Numbered from the stretch's first letter, positions 40,208 through 50,649 are shown. The stretch: DNA of 64,000 nucleotides from Candidatus Poribacteria bacterium (GCA_965116925.1 OZ220744.1:2656001-2720000), one strand, 5' to 3'. A program made the numbers and translations. The notes: generated by a model not told the origin, from the letters alone.

Positions 40208-40976
40208 ACCACTGCCACTGTTTGGGACGCCACAGATGCGCTTCTTGGACGCCTAACTCTTCCAAGATCGGATCGAGCTCCGACAGTTCTCCGAGCTCTT
40301 CAGCATTATGTGCGTCGCTACCAATAAGCAGCTTCACTTCCCGTTCCAAGCACAACTGGTAAAACTCAATTAAGTGCCGCTGATTGTACCGGATAAACTT
40401 CGGGCTGATCTCAATGGCAATTTCGCGTTGAGAGGCGAGGTCTAACTGGTGAATCAGCCGTTTCTGATCGATATACCGCATCATCTCACTCCCGAATGCT
40501 GAAACCTCCTCGTTCGACAAACGAAAGACATTCGGTATCAAAACAAATGGATGCGCGATAGCATCGGTCAACGGACAAGCGATCGCGGCTTCAAACATGT
40601 AGAGCTCATGGTTTGCAACTCTTCTTGGATTACCGAGATCTGAGGGGAGCGCGACCCCACGCAGATGGTAATGGTTGGGTGCCATCAAAACATAATCAAA
40701 GTATGATGCCAGTTGGATATTGACGGAAGCAACTCGGTATTCTAAGATGTGTGCTTCAACGCCAAAGTGGATAGGAATTGGCGATTCACATTTCTGGATA
40801 ATTTTTCTGACCGCTTCAATGTTCTTGGTTTTATAGCCATACGCATAATCGTGATCGGTGATACCAATTTCCTTTATTCCACGTTCTTGTTGGACTTTAA
40901 TAATTTTCTTTAGATCGAAATCCCTAGCGGCGCAGGGGGAAAGTCTAGTATGTATGTGATAATCACAGTTGAACAT
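40206..40976 (-). CDS. PHP-domain phosphoesterase
   Basis: DYHIHT, GITDH, GVE, AHP, GSDAH. Confidence 0.9.
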   Translation of the reverse strand: MFNCDYHIHTRLSPCAARDFDLKKIIKVQQERGIKEIGITDHDYAYGYKTKNIEAVRKIIQKCESPIPIHFGVEAHILEYRVASVNIQLASYFDYVLMAPNHYHLRGVALPSDLGNPRRVANHELYMFEAAIACPLTDAIAHPFVLIPNVFRLSNEEVSAFGSEMMRYIDQKRLIHQLDLASQREIAIEISPKFIRYNQRHLIEFYQLCLEREVKLLIGSDAHNAEELGELSELDPILEELGVQEAHLWRPKQWQW

Positions 40977-41127
40977 GCTTTCGACTCCTTCAGTGAAGAC
41001 AACCCCAATACATCGGAGGAGTAAGGTATGATTGCAAACAGTTATTTATTGGATCTAACGTTGGAATTGCCGTATCATTCCGATATTATGACAGATACTG
41101 AAAATGATTGCAAGCAAAAAAGATAAG

Positions 41128-41285
41128 GGCTCACGTCAAAAGAAGATGCAGAACGCTAAGAACGTGAAACGCGATGCGTGAAACGTAAAAACAAACTCTG
41201 TGTTTACTGGTTCATTAGTACATGGGTTCATTAATAAACGAGTGAACTTAATCGGTTTAGGTTGCGCCATTTCTTTACATGAGCC
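41128..41285. repeat. Wrapper-C element carrying heptamer repeats
   Basis: GGCTCACGTCAAAAGAA..TTCTTTACATGAGCC ends; CGTGAAA-type heptamers inside; REP doublet follows at 41291-41346. Confidence 0.6.
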
Positions 41286-41398
41286 AAGATGTAGGTCGAT
41301 TTTCCAAAATCGACGTTGGGGTGTCGAGATATGAATCTCGACCTACAATAGACTCCCATTCCTGACAGACGCTCCTCCCCTATTTTCACGTTTCTTTT

Positions 41399-42394
41399 CT
41401 AGAGCGGTAGGTCTATTGAACACCCCTGATCGGCGGACATATAAAACGCCTGCATCAGTTCAGTGAGGTTGCGACCGTCCTGAATCGTGATGTGCATCGG
41501 CTCATCGCGCAGAATGCCGTTGATCCACTGCTGCATCGCTGAGGGTGGCGGTTCAGGGCACTGCGCGATGTATTCCCCTTTTTCTTCGTCCGAGAGTTTG
41601 CGCGTTTCAAAGTGCATATCGCCGTGGTCGAGAACAATCGAACCTTCCGTTCCGTAGAGTTCGAGCATATTGGGACCAGAGCGGTGGGCCCACGAAACAT
41701 CAATCACCCCAAGTGCCTTGTTCGCAAACTCGACTACCGAGACGCTGTTGTCGTCAATTGGATAGTTGCCCGTGAAGTTGTTAATCTTGGAGATGGTGCT
41801 CTTCGGTTCGCCCATGAGCCAACGGATGATGTCCACCCGATGACAACCGAGATCAAACAAAGCACCGCCGCCAGCCCGCTTTGCATCCCCAAACCAGAGG
41901 CTGGGACCTGTGAACCATTTATCCAATCCCGCCGAGTGTGCAACACGCCCACGTCCGAAGGTGAGATCACCCAAGAGACCGTCATCAAGGGCTTTCTTCG
42001 CAAATACCAGATCGGGGTTACACCGTGATGGCAGCGAGATCATGAATTTTACCCCTGCCCCCTCTACGGCTTCGATGATTTGGTCGCATTCATCGACGGT
42101 GATGGCGAGGGCTTTTTCGGTGAAGATATGTTTGCCCGCTTCCGCCGCCGCAATCATCACTCTGGGGTGATCTGAGGTTATAGCGTTGACGACAACGGCG
42201 TCGATGTCATCTTGAGCGAGAACTTGGTCGAGATCCGAATAGAATGGGACGTTATATTCTTCAGCAGCCTGCTTGCCGCCGTATTCCTCTTCGTCCCAAA
42301 CGGCGGCCAATTCGGTTTCTGGGTTTTCCAGAATCTGGTTGGCATAGCCTCTCGCGTGAACGTGGGCGAAACTGAGTTTGGCGATTTTAATCAT
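41399..42394 (-). CDS. Gfo/Idh/MocA oxidoreductase
   Basis: AGKHIFTEKAL, GGGALFDLGCH. Confidence 0.92.
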   Translation of the reverse strand: MIKIAKLSFAHVHARGYANQILENPETELAAVWDEEEYGGKQAAEEYNVPFYSDLDQVLAQDDIDAVVVNAITSDHPRVMIAAAEAGKHIFTEKALAITVDECDQIIEAVEGAGVKFMISLPSRCNPDLVFAKKALDDGLLGDLTFGRGRVAHSAGLDKWFTGPSLWFGDAKRAGGGALFDLGCHRVDIIRWLMGEPKSTISKINNFTGNYPIDDNSVSVVEFANKALGVIDVSWAHRSGPNMLELYGTEGSIVLDHGDMHFETRKLSDEEKGEYIAQCPEPPPSAMQQWINGILRDEPMHITIQDGRNLTELMQAFYMSADQGCSIDLPL

Positions 42395-42461
42395 ATTGTG
42401 ACTCCTTAGCGGTGCTCAATTTGGATGTGATTATATATGTTACATATTGACCGCTCGTTTT

Positions 42462-42977
42462 TTATTGGTGTTTTCCAGGGCCGTTACTTCTCTGTGACCT
42501 CGCCTTCTGTGCGTAAACTTTAAAACCGATTATGATGTCGTCTGCCTCCCGCCGTAATGACACTGTTTTCTGGATGACCCTGATTTCGGCTGCGCGGATA
42601 TTCAAATTGATGCGGGTGTTCGTGTCAACAGGTGATTTGAGTTGCTTGACCAATTTCCAGCTATCAGTGTCCGTAAGCCGTGTGTAAACATCCAAATTTT
42701 TCAGGGGAGTGCCGAGTGTATCAAGGTAGAAGTACCGGATAAAGCGAGGTGCGTCTATAGAAAAGCAATAACTGTGTGCAAGTCCGTGATTATACCGAGC
42801 CGCATTTGTGTGGTAGGCGGAGTGTCTGGATGGGACTGCGGAGTATCGGCTTGTTGCTTCGAGTGCGTCGTAGTAAAACTTGCCGGATATAACTTCGGTC
42901 CCGCCGTCATCAAGAGATGACAGGATAGAAGAACACCCTACAAAAACCATCGTGCAAAACAGGAACAGGATTTTCAT
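42462..42977 (-). CDS. Hypothetical lipoprotein
   Basis: Signal peptide with FVGC lipobox. Confidence 0.6.
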   Translation of the reverse strand: MKILFLFCTMVFVGCSSILSSLDDGGTEVISGKFYYDALEATSRYSAVPSRHSAYHTNAARYNHGLAHSYCFSIDAPRFIRYFYLDTLGTPLKNLDVYTRLTDTDSWKLVKQLKSPVDTNTRINLNIRAAEIRVIQKTVSLRREADDIIIGFKVYAQKARSQRSNGPGKHQ

Positions 42978-43009
42978 CGGTCAATTTCCTATCGTATAAT
43001 GATTATGGG

Positions 43010-43447
43010 TTAGGATTCGTTTAATATGTTTTCTATAAAAAAAAATAAAGGATCCACGAACGAGTAGAACTGGTAGGAATTCTCCGTGCTGAGTATCCTC
43101 TTGAGGTATGGCTGAACTGCAAGTGCGCCGTGATCGCTGCATCCGAAGTCGATAAGGATGGCAAGCGCGGTCTGTGCTGTGCCGGGGCCTGAATTGCCCC
43201 AATCAAAGCTGTCGGCATCGTGCCGCAGTGCTTGACTCGTTTCTATCGGGATTTCAATCTTTGTTTCTTTTGCTTCTGGGCCTATGTCATCTTCCTCTAT
43301 CCGGTAGAGTTTGCCGGTCCCGTCGGGTTGGCGTTCTCCTCGGTAGCCGATGAAGAAGCGTAGCAAGGGTTCTGTGCTTTCAGGGATCCGCTCGTCGTCT
43401 GGAGGTATGTCGCCGGTGATGAGATATGGTTCTTTAAGGCTTGGCAT
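43010..43447 (-). CDS. DUF6166-like protein (3' end possibly eroded)
   Basis: RH..DSFDWGNSGPGTAQTALAIL motif; low-complexity C-terminus over an A/T run. Confidence 0.55.
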   Translation of the reverse strand: MPSLKEPYLITGDIPPDDERIPESTEPLLRFFIGYRGERQPDGTGKLYRIEEDDIGPEAKETKIEIPIETSQALRHDADSFDWGNSGPGTAQTALAILIDFGCSDHGALAVQPYLKRILSTENSYQFYSFVDPLFFFIENILNES

Positions 43448-43508
43448 AGATAGATTTCCTCTGATTTGCCGCCACGCTGGGTGCGGACAGCGGTTAGCTC
43501 TCGTCAAG

Positions 43509-43574
43509 CATCTTTTTTCCATTATGTAAATGAGCAACTGCCATCTTTTTTCCATTATGTAAATGAGCAACTGC
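43509..43574. repeat. Perfect 33-bp tandem duplication
   Basis: CATCTTTTTTCCATTATGTAAATGAGCAACTGC x2. Confidence 0.95.
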
Positions 43575-43623
43575 GCCGTTCTGCTATCTCTGGAAGAGGG
43601 GTGCCTACTGGAGGCCGATTGTC

Positions 43624-44418
43624 CTACTGTCGAGTTCGACGAAGTTCATCCTTAATACGGTTGCAGAGACTCAGGTCCCCCGCTTCTTCCGCGTATTGTA
43701 ACGACTGCTCTAAATCCTTGCGTCCCTGCGAGTGATGCCCTAAGTCTCGCTTCGCCAACCCCCGATAGAAGTAGGCCCAAGCATTATCGGGGTCAAGTCG
43801 GAGTGCTTCGTCACAATCGGTAATCGCGGCAAAATGTTCGCCTAATTCGTATTTCAGCCACCCTCGAACTCGATATTTATCGTCATGGTCAGGGTTAAGT
43901 TGAATGCCTTTGTCGGCATCGGCAATTGCCGCAGCGTGCTGTCCTGCACTAAACTTCACCATACCCCGGTTACTGTAAAAAGAACCAACATCGGGATCGA
44001 GGCTAATCGCCTTGTCATAATCAGCAATTGCAGCAGCATGATGGTTTAACCTATGTTTTGACCATCCCCGGTTGGAGTACGCATGGGCATAATTGGGATC
44101 AAGGCTAATTGCTTTGTCATAATCAACAATTGCAGCGGCGTGTTGGTTTAATTGAGCTTTTGCAATGCCCCGATAGTAGTAAGGTCTGGCATTAGTCGAA
44201 TCGTCCTTTATCGCCAGATCATAGTGGCTTATCGCTTCAAAGTATAGACGTTTTCCTGCAGATACTCTTCCCTCGTCAAGATGGGATAGGGTGAAGTTGA
44301 ATTGGCGATCGGTGAATGGGTTTTCACTTGGGGTATGAGAAGTATCGTAAAGCAGTCCAAGAATTATCGTTACTATCATTGCCACAGCGAGGAGAATAGG
44401 AACCATGCGGTCTTTCAT
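43624..44418 (-). CDS. Membrane-anchored TPR protein
   Basis: N-terminal TM; 34-aa repeats (Y.NRG..K..L..H.AAI.DYDKAI.LDP). Confidence 0.9.
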   Translation of the reverse strand: MKDRMVPILLAVAMIVTIILGLLYDTSHTPSENPFTDRQFNFTLSHLDEGRVSAGKRLYFEAISHYDLAIKDDSTNARPYYYRGIAKAQLNQHAAAIVDYDKAISLDPNYAHAYSNRGWSKHRLNHHAAAIADYDKAISLDPDVGSFYSNRGMVKFSAGQHAAAIADADKGIQLNPDHDDKYRVRGWLKYELGEHFAAITDCDEALRLDPDNAWAYFYRGLAKRDLGHHSQGRKDLEQSLQYAEEAGDLSLCNRIKDELRRTRQ

Positions 44419-44461
44419 TTCGGTTTTCCCTTCCCGTATTTATACCGTTTGAACAGCTCGA

Positions 44462-44959
44462 CTAATCGTGGGTCCACGTTATCTGTTTTGCTTCGTTGGA
44501 ATCACTGTAGAAACCAATCCCCGCTGCCGATGATTTCTCGTAGACTATTAACTCATTCCGCTCTGGGTAGGCGTGGATCTTAAACGCATCTCGCTTCAGC
44601 GGATCGGTGATGAACATAAGATTCATGATTGGAGCAGAAGTTAGTCCAATCATCGCTTCACCCTTGTGATTGTGAACTAAGATACCATTATAATCGCCAG
44701 CAGAATTCAGCGTGACTGCTTCCTTACCATCTGTATTAAAGAGAACGATTTGATTGTGGCGCGTGAAACGAGTAGCATTCAAAACAATTGCGTCTTTCCC
44801 TGCTGTATCAACGACTGTCAGTTTCCGACAGGTAATCTCATTAAACACTCCATTACTCTGTGCCTCGATGTCTGGTGTGATAAACTGTCCGATAGTAATA
44901 CCGACTGCCATAATCCCTGCACCTAAAAGGATATATCCGAGTTTCTGTTTGTGATTCAT
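44462..44959 (-). CDS. Hypothetical exported/membrane-anchored protein
   Basis: N-terminal TM then AQSNGVFNEITCRKLTVVD and short beta repeats. Confidence 0.7.
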   Translation of the reverse strand: MNHKQKLGYILLGAGIMAVGITIGQFITPDIEAQSNGVFNEITCRKLTVVDTAGKDAIVLNATRFTRHNQIVLFNTDGKEAVTLNSAGDYNGILVHNHKGEAMIGLTSAPIMNLMFITDPLKRDAFKIHAYPERNELIVYEKSSAAGIGFYSDSNEAKQITWTHD

Positions 44960-45045
44960 TATCATTTCCTTTCGCTTGTAAGTGGACTTTACCTTTGATA
45001 ACTGCAATCATCACTTCTTGACAAAACCTGCACCGAATCCTGACC

Positions 45046-45134
45046 GTAGGAACGAGATTTCCTCGCTCGATGGTTTGGGAAACCCAACCCCTAGAAAAGT
45101 TGACCCAGTGTAGGAGCAACCCTTGTGGTTGCCC
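45046..45134. repeat. GTAG REP-like units
   Basis: GTAGGAACGAG..CTCG, GG.TTGGGAAACCCAACCCCTA (cf. 4827-4879), GTAGGAGCAACC..GGTTGCCC. Confidence 0.65.
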
Positions 45135-45149
45135 AAAATACTTTCCGTA

Positions 45150-45365
45150 TCAGTCTTTCCGGTTGTAGCATTTCTCAAGCCGCTCCATATAGAGTTTATG
45201 GAATTCTTCCTCATTTAGATCTGGAAATCTTTTTCGCAAGCCGTGGATGAACAGTTTCTTGCTAAACTTGGATAGCTCAAATGCTTTCATCAACCGTTGT
45301 TCTGGCGTCATGCGCCGCAGGATCTCAATATATTGTTTATGATTGGGACATTCTTTGATGTTCAT
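45150..45365 (-). CDS. Small antitoxin-like protein (Rv0078B-like)
   Basis: QYIEILRRMTPEQRL.KAFELS..GLRKRFPDL.EEE pattern. Confidence 0.6.
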   Translation of the reverse strand: MNIKECPNHKQYIEILRRMTPEQRLMKAFELSKFSKKLFIHGLRKRFPDLNEEEFHKLYMERLEKCYNRKD

Positions 45366-45379
45366 ATTCCGTCACACCG

Positions 45380-46327
45380 TTATTCCTGTGAAGTTCCTCC
45401 GTTAGAAGCCGTAGGACTCGTAACCTCCAGAAATAGATCCGCTAACCCGTATTCAACTCTCTGAAAACGTGAAACCGCAACATCTCCACAGACCAAATCT
45501 TTCAGTAAGTTGGCAGTTTCCGTCTCCGTCATCTGTGATTCAATCTGGATGCGTGCATCCATAATTTGTGTAGATATTACATCCGATCTCGTCTCCAGAA
45601 TCGCTTGGGCTGCCTCCATGCCCGATGCGACTTCAATCTCCAGTCGATGCCGATTACCATACCGCTCAGAAATGTCGCGCATCTCTCCGTAAAATGCCAA
45701 GTGTCCCCCACTCAAAATGCCAACACGGTTGCATGGGGTTATCGCATCGGTCAGGTTGTTTGTCGCTAGAATCACCGTTTTTCCCATCGCTCCTAGTTCT
45801 TGGATTAATGCGCCCATCTCGGCTTGCCCCTGCGGATCTAAGAGCGCGACGGGGGCGTCAATCAACCAGACGGACGGATCGTGCAAGAAGGTTTTGGCTA
45901 AACACAATCGCTGTTTCTGTCCCAGTGATAGGTGTTCGATCTTCTCATCTCGCAACCTCGCCAGATCCATCAGATCCAGAACGTCTTGGATGCCTGTCGT
46001 ACGTTGTCCCTTTTCTATTTTATATGCCGCAGCAAAAAACTCCAGATATTCCTGAATAGAGAGGTTAGGATACCCCTCAAAGGTTTCGGGAATATAGCCG
46101 ATGAGTGGGCGGACAGCACGAATGTCCTTCGTTGCGTCGTATCCAGCAAGCTCTATAGAACCGGAGGTCGGCTTAATCAGCGTTGCTAGAATCTTTATGA
46201 GCAGCGTCTTGCCTGAACCGTTTGGGCCCAACAACGCCATACGATCCCCAGCGTCCAAATGAAAATTCAGATCGGTGAGAATCGGTTTCTGCTGAAAAGA
46301 TTTGCACAACTCTTGGACGTGAATCAC
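45380..46327 (-). CDS. ABC transporter ATP-binding protein with degenerate catalytic motifs
   Basis: GPNGSGKT, LSLGQ; Walker B WLIDAP; H-loop ATNN. Confidence 0.85.
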   Translation of the reverse strand: MIHVQELCKSFQQKPILTDLNFHLDAGDRMALLGPNGSGKTLLIKILATLIKPTSGSIELAGYDATKDIRAVRPLIGYIPETFEGYPNLSIQEYLEFFAAAYKIEKGQRTTGIQDVLDLMDLARLRDEKIEHLSLGQKQRLCLAKTFLHDPSVWLIDAPVALLDPQGQAEMGALIQELGAMGKTVILATNNLTDAITPCNRVGILSGGHLAFYGEMRDISERYGNRHRLEIEVASGMEAAQAILETRSDVISTQIMDARIQIESQMTETETANLLKDLVCGDVAVSRFQRVEYGLADLFLEVTSPTASNGGTSQE

Positions 46328-46559
46328 AACGTGAAAATCTCCGAAGTTGGGGCAAGTTTCAAAAGTCCACAAAAGCAACACTCCAATCACATTATAGCAC
46401 GCCAATCTCTATTTGGAAATGGTAATTCTGTGAAGGAGGTAGGTAGAGGAATTGTACCTGTTTATCTGTTGACTCAACCTTTCAATCTGTAGTATAATTA
46501 GCCAACACACTTTTCAAATGATATTACTTCTAAGTACCTATTTGAAAATCTAAGGAGCT

Positions 46560-46977
46560 ATGGCTGGCGAATCAGAAATACTCAATTTTTTCGACATCCG
46601 AATTGAACACTTTCCTGACCGGAGTGCCCGATGGCTATTCCAAGACAAAGAGAACGTCCGAGGATTGAGAATTGAGCACACTAGTTGACCAACACATTGA
46701 ACAACCATCAGATAGGGAGGAGGTAGAAGTCATGGCGCAGACAATGGCTGAACATCTCATTGAACGTGGCAAAGCACAAGGTTTTGAACAAGGTGAGACA
46801 CGAGGGAAACAGGAGGCACTCCTCAAACTACTGCGGTTCCGATTTGGTTCCATACCTGAATATATAACCAATCAGATTACTCAGATACAGAGTCACTCCC
46901 GTTTGGACTCGCTTTTTGAGCGGGTGTTGACCGCGCAGACACTTGATGAAATTGATTGGCAAAACCGTGATGGCTAA
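46560..46977 (+). pseudogene. Rpn-family (PD-(D/E)XK transposase-like) gene with internal deletion
   Basis: RBS AAGGAG, N-terminus ..EHFPDRSARWLFQDKENVRGL then out-of-frame jump to the C-terminal domain. Confidence 0.6.
46732..46977 (+). CDS. Rpn C-terminal small protein (DUF4351-like), copy 1
   Basis: [37 protein letters not shown]. Confidence 0.7.
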   Translation: MAQTMAEHLIERGKAQGFEQGETRGKQEALLKLLRFRFGSIPEYITNQITQIQSHSRLDSLFERVLTAQTLDEIDWQNRDG

Positions 46978-47045
46978 GTTCTGTTGACATTTGACAGATT
47001 TGGGTGTTGGGTGTTAGGGAGGAGGTAGGAACCATAGCAAAGACA

Positions 47046-47339
47046 ATGGCGGAGCATCTCATTGAACAAGGCATTAAACAAGGCATTGAACAAGGTAAGG
47101 CACACGTTCGCAAACAAGGCAAGGCACAAGTTCTTAAACAAGCTATTGAACAAGGCGAAAGGCGAGGGAAACAGGAGGCACTCCTCAAACTACTGCGGTT
47201 CCGATTTGGTTCCATACCTGAATCTATGACCAATGAGATTACCCTGATACAGAGTCTTTCCCATCTAGATATGCTCTTTGAGAAGGCGATGACTGCTTGG
47301 GCACTTAATGAAATTGATTTACAAAACCGTGATGGCTAA
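47046..47339 (+). CDS. Rpn C-terminal small protein, copy 2
   Basis: Tandem paralog from the RBS onward, with expanded EQG repeats; cognate ATG is ATA at 47034. Confidence 0.6.
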   Translation: MAEHLIEQGIKQGIEQGKAHVRKQGKAQVLKQAIEQGERRGKQEALLKLLRFRFGSIPESMTNEITLIQSLSHLDMLFEKAMTAWALNEIDLQNRDG

Positions 47340-47485
47340 AAACCTGTGAAACACTTCAAATCTGGGATTTTTGGGTCATATCTTATACCTCAAAAATGGC
47401 TTTGTCACCTACTATTGAAACAGGTTCCAAACAACAAACTTTTTATGCCCGATGTTTTATCGGGGGAGGTATTGAGGAATACAAC

Positions 47486-48715
47486 GTGCAGGCAGAATTG
47501 AGCATCGACGAACAGGTGGCACTTATACGCAGGGGAACGGCAGAGATTATCTCTGAGGGAGAACTCGCTCAAAAATTGGAAAACGCCGGAACACAGAAAC
47601 GGCCCCTTCGTATCAAACTTGGATTGGATCCAACAGCACCGGATATCCATCTCGGCATTGCAGTTGTCTTACGCAAACTGCGCCAATTTCAGGATCTCGG
47701 ACATGAGGTTATCCTTATCATCGGTGACTTTACGGCGACAATTGGGGATCCAAGCGGCAAATCGAAAACACGACCACAACTAACGGCGGAAGAGGTCAAA
47801 CATAACGCGAAGACCTATGCAGACCAGTATTGCATGATTCTGGATGAAGACAAAACCCGCGTTGTTTTCAACAGTGAATGGCTTGATGAGATGTCTTTTG
47901 CGGATGTCATTAGACTGAGTGCCCAAACAACGGTGGCGCGAATCCTAGAACGGGATGATTTTACAAATCGGCTTCATGACGGTGCTTCAATCGGGATGCA
48001 TGAACTCCTTTACCCAATATGCCAAGGCTACGATTCAGTCGTCTTGGAAGCAGATGTAGAGATGGGCGGGACGGATCAGAAATTCAATATCCTGATGGGA
48101 CGTGACCTCCAACGCGCTTATGACCAAGAACCTCAAGTGACGCTGCTAATGCCCCTACTCGTCGGTCTTGATGGGGCTGAGAAGATGAGCAAATCGTTGG
48201 GGAACTACGTTGGGATCTACGAACCGCCCTCCGAAATGTATGCCAAGTTAATGTCCATCTCCGATGAGTTGATGTCCACCTACTTTGAGTTGGCAACGGA
48301 TGTGCCGCTCGACGAAATTCGTGCGTATGAGGAGCAATTGGCAAAGGGTAGTATTCACCCCAAGACAGTCAAACAGCGGCTTGCCCGCGAGATTGTGACT
48401 ATCTACCACAACGCAGATGCGGCGCACGCGGCGGAGGCGGAGTTTGACAGGATACACCGCGATCGACAGCTTCCCGATGATCTGCCCGAAGTTGCTATTC
48501 CGGCGTCCTCGCTCACTGACGGCAAGATATGGATCGCCCATCTGATACAGCAAGCCGGTTTTGCCCAGAGTTCCAGCGACGCGAGACGATTGGTGCAGCA
48601 AGGTGGAGTCCGCCTTGATGGTAACAGAATCACGGATCCAAGGTTGGAAGTCGCTTTGCAGGGGGAAGCCATCTTGCAGGTCGGTAAGCGACGGTTTGCG
48701 AAGGTTAAAATATGA
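47486..48715 (+). CDS. tyrS: Tyrosine--tRNA ligase
   Basis: [35 protein letters not shown]4 domain. Confidence 0.97.
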   Translation: MQAELSIDEQVALIRRGTAEIISEGELAQKLENAGTQKRPLRIKLGLDPTAPDIHLGIAVVLRKLRQFQDLGHEVILIIGDFTATIGDPSGKSKTRPQLTAEEVKHNAKTYADQYCMILDEDKTRVVFNSEWLDEMSFADVIRLSAQTTVARILERDDFTNRLHDGASIGMHELLYPICQGYDSVVLEADVEMGGTDQKFNILMGRDLQRAYDQEPQVTLLMPLLVGLDGAEKMSKSLGNYVGIYEPPSEMYAKLMSISDELMSTYFELATDVPLDEIRAYEEQLAKGSIHPKTVKQRLAREIVTIYHNADAAHAAEAEFDRIHRDRQLPDDLPEVAIPASSLTDGKIWIAHLIQQAGFAQSSSDARRLVQQGGVRLDGNRITDPRLEVALQGEAILQVGKRRFAKVKI

Positions 48716-49485
48716 TTTTTGTAACCAACGACGATGGGATTGATGCGCCGGGCTTAAAGGTTCTCGCCGAGGCACTCGAAACCCTCGATGAGGTTTATGT
48801 TGTGGCACCGGATCGGGAGCGGAGCGCTGTCGGCATGGCAATCACGCTGCATCAGCCGCTGAGAGCCAAACAGGCTTGGAAGCATGCCTACGCAGTTGAT
48901 GGGACACCGGTCGATTGCGTAGACCTTGCACTGGGTACCCTGCTCCCCGAACCCCCAAAATTGCTGGTCTCTGGCATCAATCGGGGACAGAATCTTGGGG
49001 CTGATATTCATTTTTCAGGCACGGTTGGGGCGGCGAAAAAAGGAACGCTCGCAGGGATTCCGTCGATTGCGGTTTCCCTCGCTTTAGAAGGGGTAGGAGA
49101 ACAGCAGTCTAACTTCCACTACAAAACAGCGGGAGCGATTGCGTGTCGCATTGCGAAGCAGGTGATCGAGAAGGGGATGCCGAGCCATATCCTGCTTAAT
49201 GTGAACGTGCCGAATTGTCGGCTTTCCGATGTGAAAGGCATCAAGATAACACGGCAAGACCGAGGGAACTACAGTATAAACGCTGTCACACGGCTGGATC
49301 GGGGCGGCCGCCCCTACTACTGGATTGGTGGAGAGCGCACCCAAATTGACTTTGGAGGAGATACAGACCTCCATGCGGTTCACAATCGACGCGTGTCGAT
49401 TACGCCGGTACAGCTTGACTTCACAGATCACACCCTCATCACGCCACTGAAGGCTTGGCTGGATGATGAGAACATGCAACTCTAA
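48712..49485 (+). CDS. surE: 5'/3'-nucleotidase SurE
   Basis: [32 protein letters not shown]. Confidence 0.96.
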   Translation: MIFVTNDDGIDAPGLKVLAEALETLDEVYVVAPDRERSAVGMAITLHQPLRAKQAWKHAYAVDGTPVDCVDLALGTLLPEPPKLLVSGINRGQNLGADIHFSGTVGAAKKGTLAGIPSIAVSLALEGVGEQQSNFHYKTAGAIACRIAKQVIEKGMPSHILLNVNVPNCRLSDVKGIKITRQDRGNYSINAVTRLDRGGRPYYWIGGERTQIDFGGDTDLHAVHNRRVSITPVQLDFTDHTLITPLKAWLDDENMQL

Positions 49486-49505
49486 CCCGATAACAAGGAG
49501 GACAT

Positions 49506-50534
49506 TTGCGCTATCTAACGCTGGTTCTCAAGGGGTGTTGTATTGGGGTGGCAAATATTATTCCCGGTGTGAGTGGCGGCACTATGGCGGTTATGCTTGG
49601 CATCTATGAACGATTGATTCGCGCCTTGCACCACATCGGCTTTTCGACTGCAAGAAAACTCTTGGCAATTTTCACGCTAAAAAGGGAGGCAGTATCTGAA
49701 GCACAGGCAGAGTTGCATCGTATTGATTTCGGATTTTTAATAGCCATTACCTTCGGTGCACTGCTCGCTGTCGTCGCATCAGCCCGATTAATCATCTATC
49801 TGCTGAATGAGCAACACGATCCGACCTACGGTTTCTTTTCTGGATTGGTGCTGACCTCTGTTATCATTCCACTCAAAATGCTGAAACGTTTTACCGTCAA
49901 AGAGGTTGTCTCCCTTCTCCTCGCTGCAGGGTTGACAGTGGGACTAACACTGAGCATGAGCGGAGAACAGAGACTGGAGAGTGAGAGACGAAAACATAAA
50001 CTGCAAGAAAGTCAACTCAGCGGAAATGCAATCACCGGAGCAAAGGTTCACCCAGCGGTCCCGCAAGAGGTTTCAAAAGACGCAAATCACGCAGTTGGGG
50101 TGCTGCTTTATCTGTTTTTCTGTAGTGCTATTGCGGTTTCTGCGATGATCTTGCCGGGCATCAGTGGCTCTTTCATTTTTCTCCTGTTGGGTGTTTACTT
50201 TGATGTACTGGCAGCGATAAATAATCGGGACTGGATTGTGATCGGGGTTGTTGCTTTAGGCGGTGTTGTCGGACTGTTGGCGTTCACCCGATTGCTGAAT
50301 TATGTCCTTGAACGCCATCGCGATTTGACGGTATCCTTCTTAATTGGATTGATGCTCGCTTCATTATACGGGCTTTGGCCCTTCCGCAGTTATGAAGTGG
50401 TCGGTGAGGCACGTATCGACATCGCTCATATCCTGCCACAAGCTAATATGAATCTGGCTACCACGGTTTTAGCCGCGCTGATCGGTTGCGGGGTGGTGCT
50501 CCTGTTTTATCATCTGGAAGCTAAAAGAAATTAA
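49506..50534 (+). CDS. DUF368 membrane protein
   Basis: IIPGVSGGTMA..GIYE and MILPGISGS. Confidence 0.92.
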   Translation: MRYLTLVLKGCCIGVANIIPGVSGGTMAVMLGIYERLIRALHHIGFSTARKLLAIFTLKREAVSEAQAELHRIDFGFLIAITFGALLAVVASARLIIYLLNEQHDPTYGFFSGLVLTSVIIPLKMLKRFTVKEVVSLLLAAGLTVGLTLSMSGEQRLESERRKHKLQESQLSGNAITGAKVHPAVPQEVSKDANHAVGVLLYLFFCSAIAVSAMILPGISGSFIFLLLGVYFDVLAAINNRDWIVIGVVALGGVVGLLAFTRLLNYVLERHRDLTVSFLIGLMLASLYGLWPFRSYEVVGEARIDIAHILPQANMNLATTVLAALIGCGVVLLFYHLEAKRN

Positions 50535-50649
50535 TGCTAACTTGGCAGCAGTGGTTGAAGGATGATGTTTTATGGATTATGAGAGACCAGACTTAAGAAG
50601 GGTTACATGGGTTGGGAATTCTAAGACAAAGTTGAAAGGGAGATACATC

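Noticed and set aside
43509..43574. 33-bp repeat as a CRISPR array
   Set aside because: Two copies directly adjacent, no spacer, no cas genes
42462..45365. Prophage call
   Set aside because: No integrase, structural or replication genes
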